Shown: positions 56,741-64,000 of the stretch, one piece after another
Position numbering within the stretch: position 1 is the stretch's first letter
Layout: each line of letters begins with the position of its first letter
Notes under the pieces: model-generated
Database searches by the model: none
The model's input: the letters and a program-made list of their open reading frames with translations, nothing else
What the model was told of the DNA's origin: nothing
DNA from: Auanema rhodensis
Taxonomy: Eukaryota > Animalia > Nematoda
Reading direction: 5' to 3'
DNA: 64,000 nucleotides
NCBI GenBank assembly: GCA_964057225.1
Contig: OZ059900.1
Location: forward strand, 18,352,001-18,416,000
Translations under genes and position numbers: made by a program

Positions 56741-59700
56741 ACGCCCTTTATGGCTAATATTGATTAAATCGATTTTTGTTCATATGAGTCGTCAAATGCA
56801 ACGAATTTCAGCGTGTTACATACTAAAATGAAGCATTTTACATGCTGAACACTAGAAAAATACAAAAACACAGTATTTCCCATGAGAAATATTTTATTAT
56901 GCTGGAAAACCAGTTTTTGGAAATTTCGCTGTAAACAAGGATTTGACTTACGATTTCATGTGTTCAAACTCATGCAATGTCAATGAAACCTAGCTCAAAA
57001 TTGTTCCTACAACGTCTAGTTCCACTTTCACGACAAAAAAATAGGGGTTAGAAAATTAAGGAAATTAGCATATTCTGAGGGCACGCCCCTTATGGCTAAT
57101 ATTGATTAAATCGATTTTTGTTCATATGAGTAGTCAAATGCAACGAATTTCAGCGTGTTACATACTAAAATGAAGCATTTTACATGCTGAACACTAGAAA
57201 AATACAAAAACACAGTATTTCCCATGAGAAATATTTTATTATGCTGGAAAACCAGTTTTTGGAAATTTCGCTGTAAACAAGGTTTTGACTTACGATTTCA
57301 TGTGTTCAAACTCATGCAATGTCAATGAAACCTAGCTCAAAATTGTTCGTACAACGTCTAGTTCCACTTTCACGACAAAAAAACAGGGGTTAGAAAATTA
57401 AGGAAATTAGCATATTCTGAGGGCACGCCCTTTATGGCTAATATTGATTAAATCGATTTTTGTTCATATGAGTCGTCAAATGCAACGAATTTCAGCGTGT
57501 TACATACTGAAATGAAGCATTTTACATGCTGAACACTAGAAAAATACAAAAACACAGTATTTCTCATGAGAAATATTTTATTATGCTGGAAAACCAGTTT
57601 TTGGAAATTTCGCTGTAAACAAGGTTTTGACTTACGATTTCATGTGTTCAAACTCATGCAATGTCAATGAAACCTAGCTCAAAATTGTTAATACAACGTC
57701 TAGTTCCACTTTCACGACAAAAAAACAGGGCTTAGAAAATTAAGGAAATTAGCATATTCTGAGGGCACGCCCTTTATGGCTAATATTGATTAAATCGATT
57801 TTTGTTCATATGAGTCGTCAAATGCAACGAATTTCAGCGTGTTACATACTAAAATGAAGCATTTTACATGCTGAACACTAGAAAAATACAAAAACACAGT
57901 ATTTCCCATGAGAAATATTTTATTATGCTGGAAAACCAGTTTTTGGAAATTTCGCTGTAAACAAGGTTTTGACTTACGATTTCATGTGTTCAAACTCATG
58001 CAATGTCAATGAAACCTAGCTCAAAATTGTTCCTACAACGTCTAGTTCCACTTTCACGACAAAAAAATAGGGGTTAGAAAATTAAGGAAATTAGCATATT
58101 CTGAGGGCACGCCCCTTATGGCTAATATTGATTAAATCGATTTTTGTTCATATGAGTAGTCAAATGCAACGAATTTCAGCGTGTTACATACTAAAATGAA
58201 GCATTTTACATGCTGAACACTAGAAAAATACAAAAACACAGTATTTCCCATGAGAAATATTTTATTATGCTGGAAAACCAGTTTTTGGAAATTTCGCTGT
58301 AAACAAGGTTTTGACTTACGATTTCATGTGTTCAAACTCATGCAATGTCAATGAAACCTAGCTCAAAATTGTTCGTACAACGTCTAGTTCCACTTTCACG
58401 ACAAAAAAACAGGGGTTAGAAAATTAAGGAAATTAGCATATTCTGAGGGCACGCCCTTTATGGCTAATATTGATTAAATCGATTTTTGTTCATATGAGTC
58501 GTCAAATGCAACGAATTTCAGCGTGTTACATACTAAAATGAAGCATTTTACATGCTGAACACTAGAAAAATACAAAAACACAGTATTTCACATGAGAAAT
58601 ATTTTATTATGCTGGAAAACCAGTTTTTGGAAATTTCGCTGTAAACAAGGTTTTGACTTACGATTTCATGTGTTCAAACTCATGCAATGTCAATGAAACC
58701 TAGCTCAAAATTGTTCGTACAACGTCTAGTTCCACTTTCACGACAAAAAAACAGGGGTTAGAAAATTGAGGAAATTAGCATAATCTGAGGGCACGCCCCT
58801 TATGGCTAATATTGATTAAATCGATTTTTGTTCATATGAGTCGTCAAATGCAATTAATTTCAGCGTGTCACATACTAAAATGAAGCATTTTACATGCTGA
58901 ACACTAAAAAAATACAAAAACACAGTATTTCCCATGAGAAATATTTTATTATGCTGGAAAACGAGTTTTTGGAAATTTCGCTGTAAACAAGGTTTTGACT
59001 TACGATTTCATGTGTTCAAACTCATGCAATGTCAATGAAATCTAGCTCAAAATTGTTCCTACAACGTCTAGTTCCACTTTCACGACAAAAAAACAGGGGT
59101 TAGAAAATTAAGGAAATTAGCAGATTCTGAGGGCACGCCCTTTATGGCTTATATTGATTAAATCGATTTTTGTTCATATGAGTCGTCAAATGCAACGAAT
59201 TTCAGCGTGTTACATACTAAAATGAAGCATTTTACATGCTGAACACTAGAAAAATACAAAAACACAGTATTTCCCATGAGAAATATTTTATTATGCTGGA
59301 AAACCAGTTTTTGGAAATTTCGCTGTAAACAAGGATTTGACTTACGATTTCATGTGTTCAAACTCATGCAATGTCAATGAAACCTAGCTCAAAATTGTTC
59401 CTACAACTTCTAGTTCCACTTTCACGACAAAAAAATAGGGGTTAGAAAATTAAGGAAATTAGCATATTCTGAGGGCACGCCCCTTATGGCTAATATTGAT
59501 TAAATCGATTTTTGTTCATATGAGTAGTCAAATGCAACGAATTTCAGCGTGTTACATACTAAAATGAAGCATTTTACATGCTGAACACTAGAAAAATACA
59601 AAAACACAGTATTTCCCATGAGAAATATTTTATTATGCTGGAAAACCAGTTTTTGGAAATTTCGCTGTAAACAAGGTTTTGACTTACGATTTCATGTGTT

Positions 59701-61000
59701 CAAACTCATGCAATGCCAATGAAACCTAGCTCAAAATTGTTCGTACAACGTCTAGTTCCACTTTCACGACAAAAAAACAGGGGTTAGAAAATTAAGGAAA
59801 TTAGCATATTCTGAGGGCACGCCCTTTATGGCTAATATTGATTAAATCGATTTTTGTTCATATGAGTCGTCAAATGCAACGAATTTCAGCGTGTTACATA
59901 CTGAAATGAAGCATTTTACATGCTGAACACTAGAAAAATACAAAAACACAGTATTTCTCATGAGAAATATTTTATTATGCTGGAAAACCAGTTTTTGGAA
60001 ATTTCGCTGTAAACAAGGTTTTGACTTACGATTTCATGTGTTCAAACTCATGCAATGTCAATGAAACCTAGCTCAAAATTGTTAATACAACGTCTAGTTC
60101 CACTTTCACGACAAAAAAACAGGGCTTAGAAAATTAAGGAAATTAGCATATTCTGAGGGCACGCCCTTTATGGCTAATATTGATTAAATCGATTTTTGTT
60201 CATATGAGTCGTCAAATGCAACGAATTTCAGCGTGTTACATACTAAAATGAAGCATTTTACATGCTGAACACTAGAAAAATACAAAAACACAGTATTTCC
60301 CATGAGAAATATTTTATTATGCTGGAAAACCAGTTTTTGGAAATTTCGCTGTAAACAAGGTTTTGACTTACGATTTCATGTGTTCAAACTCATGCAATGT
60401 CAATGAAACCTAGCTCAAAATTGTTCCTACAACGTCTAGTTCCACTTTCACGACAAAAAAATAGGGGTTAGAAAATTAAGGAAATTAGCATATTCTGAGG
60501 GCACGCCCCTTATGGCTAATATTGATTAAATCGATTTTTGTTCATATGAGTAGTCAAATGCAACGAATTTCAGCGTGTTACATACTAAAATGAAGCATTT
60601 TACATGCTGAACACTAGAAAAATACAAAAACACAGTATTTCCCATGAGAAATATTTTATTATGCTGGAAAACCAGTTTTTGGAAATTTCGCTGTAAACAA
60701 GGTTTTGACTTACGATTTCATGTGTTCAAACTCATGCAATGTCAATGAAACCTAGCTCAAAATTGTTCGTACAACGTCTAGTTCCACTTTCACGACAAAA
60801 AAACAGGGGTTAGAAAATTAAGGAAATTAGCATATTCTGAGGGCACGCCCTTTATGGCTAATATTGATTAAATCGATTTTTGTTCATATGAGTCGTCAAA
60901 TGCAACGAATTTCAGCGTGTTACATACTAAAATGAAGCATTTTACATGCTGAACACTAGAAAAATACAAAAACACAGTATTTCCCATGAGAAATATTTTA
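56741..61000. repeat. 7-monomer-period duplication (2394 bp), about 5 monomers matching
   Basis: AAGGATTTG at 56941/59335 and GGGCTTAG at 57731/60125, with GAGTAGTC and AAAATAGG in the same order. Confidence 0.82.
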
Positions 61001-61528
61001 TTATGCTGGAAAACCAGTTTTTGGAAATTTCGCTGTAAACAAGGTTTTGACTTACGATTTCATGTGTTCAAACTCATGCAATGTCAATGAAACCTAGCTC
61101 AAAATTGTTAATACAACGTCTAGTTCCACTTTCACGACAAAAAAACAGGGGTTAGAAAATTAAGGAAATTAGCATATTCTGAGGGCACGCCCCTTATGGC
61201 TAATATTGATTAAATCGATTTTTGTTCATATGAGTCGTCAAATGCAACGAATTTCAGCGTGTTACATACTAAAATGAAGCATTTTACATGCTGAACACTA
61301 GAAAAATACAAAAACACAGTATTTCCCATGAGAAATATTTTATTATGCTGGAAAACCAGTTTTTGGAAATTTCGCTGTAAACAAGGTTTTGACTTACGAT
61401 TTCATGTGTTCAAACTCATGCAATGTCAATGAAACCTAGCTCAAAATTGTTCCTACAACGTCTAGTTCCACTTTCACGACAACAAAACAGGGGTTAGAAA
61501 ATTAAGGAAATTAGCATATTCTGAGGGC

Positions 61529-63580
61529 ACGCCCCTTATGGCTAATATTGATTAAATCGATTTTTGTTCATATGAGTCGTCAAATGCAACGAATTTCAGC
61601 GTGTTACATACTAAAATGAAGCATTTCACATGCTGAACACTAGAAAAATACAAAAACACAGTATTTCCCATGAGAAATATTTTATTATACTGGAAAACCA
61701 GTTTTTGGAAAGTTCGCTGTAAACAAGGTTTTGACTTACGATTTCATGTGTTCAAACTCATGCAATGTCAATGAAACCTAGCTCAAAATTGTTCGTACAA
61801 CGTCTAGTTCCACTTTCACGACAAAAAAACAGGGGTTAGAAAATTAAGGAAATTAGCATATTCTGAGGGCACGCCCCTTATGGCTAATATTGATTAAATC
61901 GATTTTTGTTCATATGAGTCGTCAAATGCAATTAATTTCAGCGTGTTACATACTAAAATGAAGCATTTTACATGCTGAACACTAAAAAAATACAAAAACA
62001 CAGTATTTCCCATGAGAAATATTTTATTATGCTGGAAAACGAGTTTTTGGAAATTTCGCTGTAAACAAGGTTTTGACTTACGATTTCATGTGTTCAAACT
62101 CATGCAATGTCAATGAAACCTAGCTCAAAATTGTTCCTACAACGTCTAGTTCCACTTTCACGACAAAAAAACAGGGGTTAGAAAATTAAGGAAATTAGCA
62201 TATTCTGAGGGCACGCCTCTTATGGCTAATATTGATTAAATCGATTTTTGTTCATATGAGTCGTCAAATGCAACAAATTTCAGCGTGTTACATACTAAAA
62301 TGAAGCATTTTACATGCTGAACACTATAAAAATACAAAAACACAGTATTTCCCATGAGAAATATTTTATTATGCTGGAAAACCAGTTTTTGGAAATTTCG
62401 CTGTAAACAAGGTTTTGACTTACGATTTCATGTGTTCAAACTCATGCAATGTCAATGAAACCTAGCTCAAAATTGTTCCTACAACGTCTAGTTCCACTTT
62501 CACGACAACAAAACAGGGGTTAGAAAATTAAGGAAATTAGCATATTCTGAGGGCACGCCCCTTATGGCTAATATTGATTAAATCGATTTTTGTTCATATG
62601 AGTCGTCAAATGCAACGAATTTCAGCGTGTTACATACTAAAATGAAGCATTTCACATGCTGAACACTAGAAAAATACAAAAACACAGTATTTCCCATGAG
62701 AAATATTTTATTATGCTGGAAAACCAGTTTTTGGAAATTTCGCTGTAAACAAGGTTTTGACTTACGATTTCATGTGTTCAAACTCCTGCAATGTCAATGA
62801 AACCTAGCTCAAAATTGTTCGTACAACGTCTAGTTCCACTTTCACGACAAAACAACAGGGGTTAGAAAATTAAGGAAATTAGCATATTCTGAGGGCACGC
62901 CCCTTATGGCTAATATTGATTAAATCGATTTTTGTTCATATGAGTCGTCAAATGCAATTAATTTCAGCGTGTTACATACTAAAATGAAGCATTTTACATG
63001 CTGAACACTAAAAAAATACAAAAACACAGTATTTCCCATGAGAAATATTTTATTATGCTGGAAAACGAGTTTTTGGAAATTTCGCTGTAAACAAGGTTTT
63101 GACTTACGATTTCATGTGTTCAAACTCATGCAATGTCAATGAAAACTAGCTCAAAATTGTTCCTACAACGTCTAGTTCCACTTTCACGACAAAAAAAGAG
63201 GGGTTAGAAAATTAAGGAAATTAGCATATTCTGAGGGCACGCCCTTTATGGCTAATATTGATTAAATCGATTTTTGTTCATATGAGTCGTCAAATGCAAC
63301 GAATTTCAGCGTGTTACATACTAAAATGAAACATTTTACATGCTGAACACTATAAAAATACAAAAACACAGTATTTCCCATGAGAAATATTTTATTATGC
63401 TGGAAAACCAGTTTTTGGAAATTTCGCTGTAAACAAGGTTTTGACTTACGATTTCATGTGTTCAAACTCATGCAATGTCAATGAAACCTAGCTCAAAATT
63501 GTTCGTACAACGTCTAGTTCCACTTTCACGACAAAAAAACAGGGGTTAGAAAATTAAGGAAATTAGCATATTCTGAGGGC
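61529..63580. repeat. Diverged 3-monomer higher-order unit (period 1026 bp), two copies
   Basis: The order TTTCACATGC monomer (61529/62555), CAATTAAT+ACTAAAA+ACGAG monomer (61871/62897), ACTATAAA monomer (62213/63239) occurs twice. Confidence 0.8.
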
Positions 63581-64000
63581 ACGCCCCTTATGGCTAATAT
63601 TGATTAAATCGATTTTTGTTCATATGAGTCGTCAAATGCAACGAATTTCAGCGTGTTACATACTAAAATGAAGCATTTTACATGCTGAACACTATAAAAA
63701 TACAAAAACACAGTATTTCCCATGAGAAATATTTTATTATGCTGGAAAACCAGTTTTTGGAAATTTCGCTGTAAACAAGGTTTTGACTTACGATTTCATG
63801 TGTTCAAACTCATGCAATGTCAATGAAACCTAGCTCAAAATTGTTCCTACAACGTCTAGTTCCACTTTCACGACAACAAAACAGGGGTTAGAAAATTAAG
63901 GAAATTAGCATATTCTGAGGGCACGCCCCTTATGGCTAATATTGATTAAATCGATTTTTGTTCATATGAGTCGTCAAATGCAACGAATTTCAGCGTGTTA

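Larger units (their letters stand above)
1..64000. repeat. 342-bp satellite DNA tandem array (187 full monomers + 78-bp partial), head-to-tail, extends beyond both window edges
   Basis: ACGCCC(C/T)TTATGGCTAATATTG recurs at 1, 343, 685 ... 1711, 3421, 5131, 6841, 8551, 10261 (exact 342 period). The last start is at 63923 = 1+187x342-32. No non-satellite sequence was seen. Confidence 0.99.
42901..64000. repeat. Right domain: distinct monomer subfamily with short local duplications and higher divergence
   Basis: New variants appear: GACTAAAAAACACGGG, TTGTTAATAC, AAAATAGGGG, TTCGCATA, TTTCACATGAG and CTGAAATG+TTTCTCA. The AACGC allele almost disappears, and only 4 of the 32 A6 monomers lie here. 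Confidence 0.88.

Noticed and set aside
1-64000. Giant repetitive ORF (342 is divisible by 3, i.e. 114-codon repeats)
   Set aside because: All six frames of the consensus are closed: on + TAA at 25-27, TGA at 89-91 and TAA at 15-17; on - stops from TCA 40-42, TTA 8-10 and TTA 24-26. A6 monomers would also shift frame.
1-64000. CRISPR array or other repeat-spacer system
   Set aside because: There are no unique spacers; the entire 342 bp is repeated, and no cas or other genes are present.
1-64000. Variant pattern at pos 7/111/267 as an information-bearing code or programmed diversification
   Set aside because: The patterns are adequately explained by descent through block duplication and recombination. 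No template, recombinase or reverse transcriptase is present in the window.

Overview
The whole 64 kb window is one uninterrupted, head-to-tail, single-orientation tandem array of a 342-bp AT-rich satellite monomer (about 34% GC, 116/342 counted by hand). It holds 187 complete monomers plus a 78-bp partial copy starting at 63923; 32 monomers are 341 bp because an A7 tract is shortened to A6. Monomers typically differ from consensus at only 0-7 positions. I see no genes, RNA genes, transposon insertions, inversions or CRISPR spacers, and all six reading frames of the consensus monomer contain stops. This looks like eukaryotic (peri)centromeric or heterochromatic satellite DNA; I cannot assign the species or family from sequence alone. 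The informative structure lies in the variant pattern. There is a left domain of exact 342-bp units (1-10260). A central domain (about 11.1-42.9 kb) is a recent ~16-kb tandem duplication (47 vs 46 monomers) with a nested 15-mer/14-mer duplication and a mappable chimeric junction monomer. A right domain (from about 43 kb) has a different variant set, short 5-, 7- and 3-mer duplications and rising divergence. The monomer is rich in dyad symmetries. I found no evidence of a novel protein-coding or RNA-guided system. Variant calls were read by eye and should be confirmed computationally.
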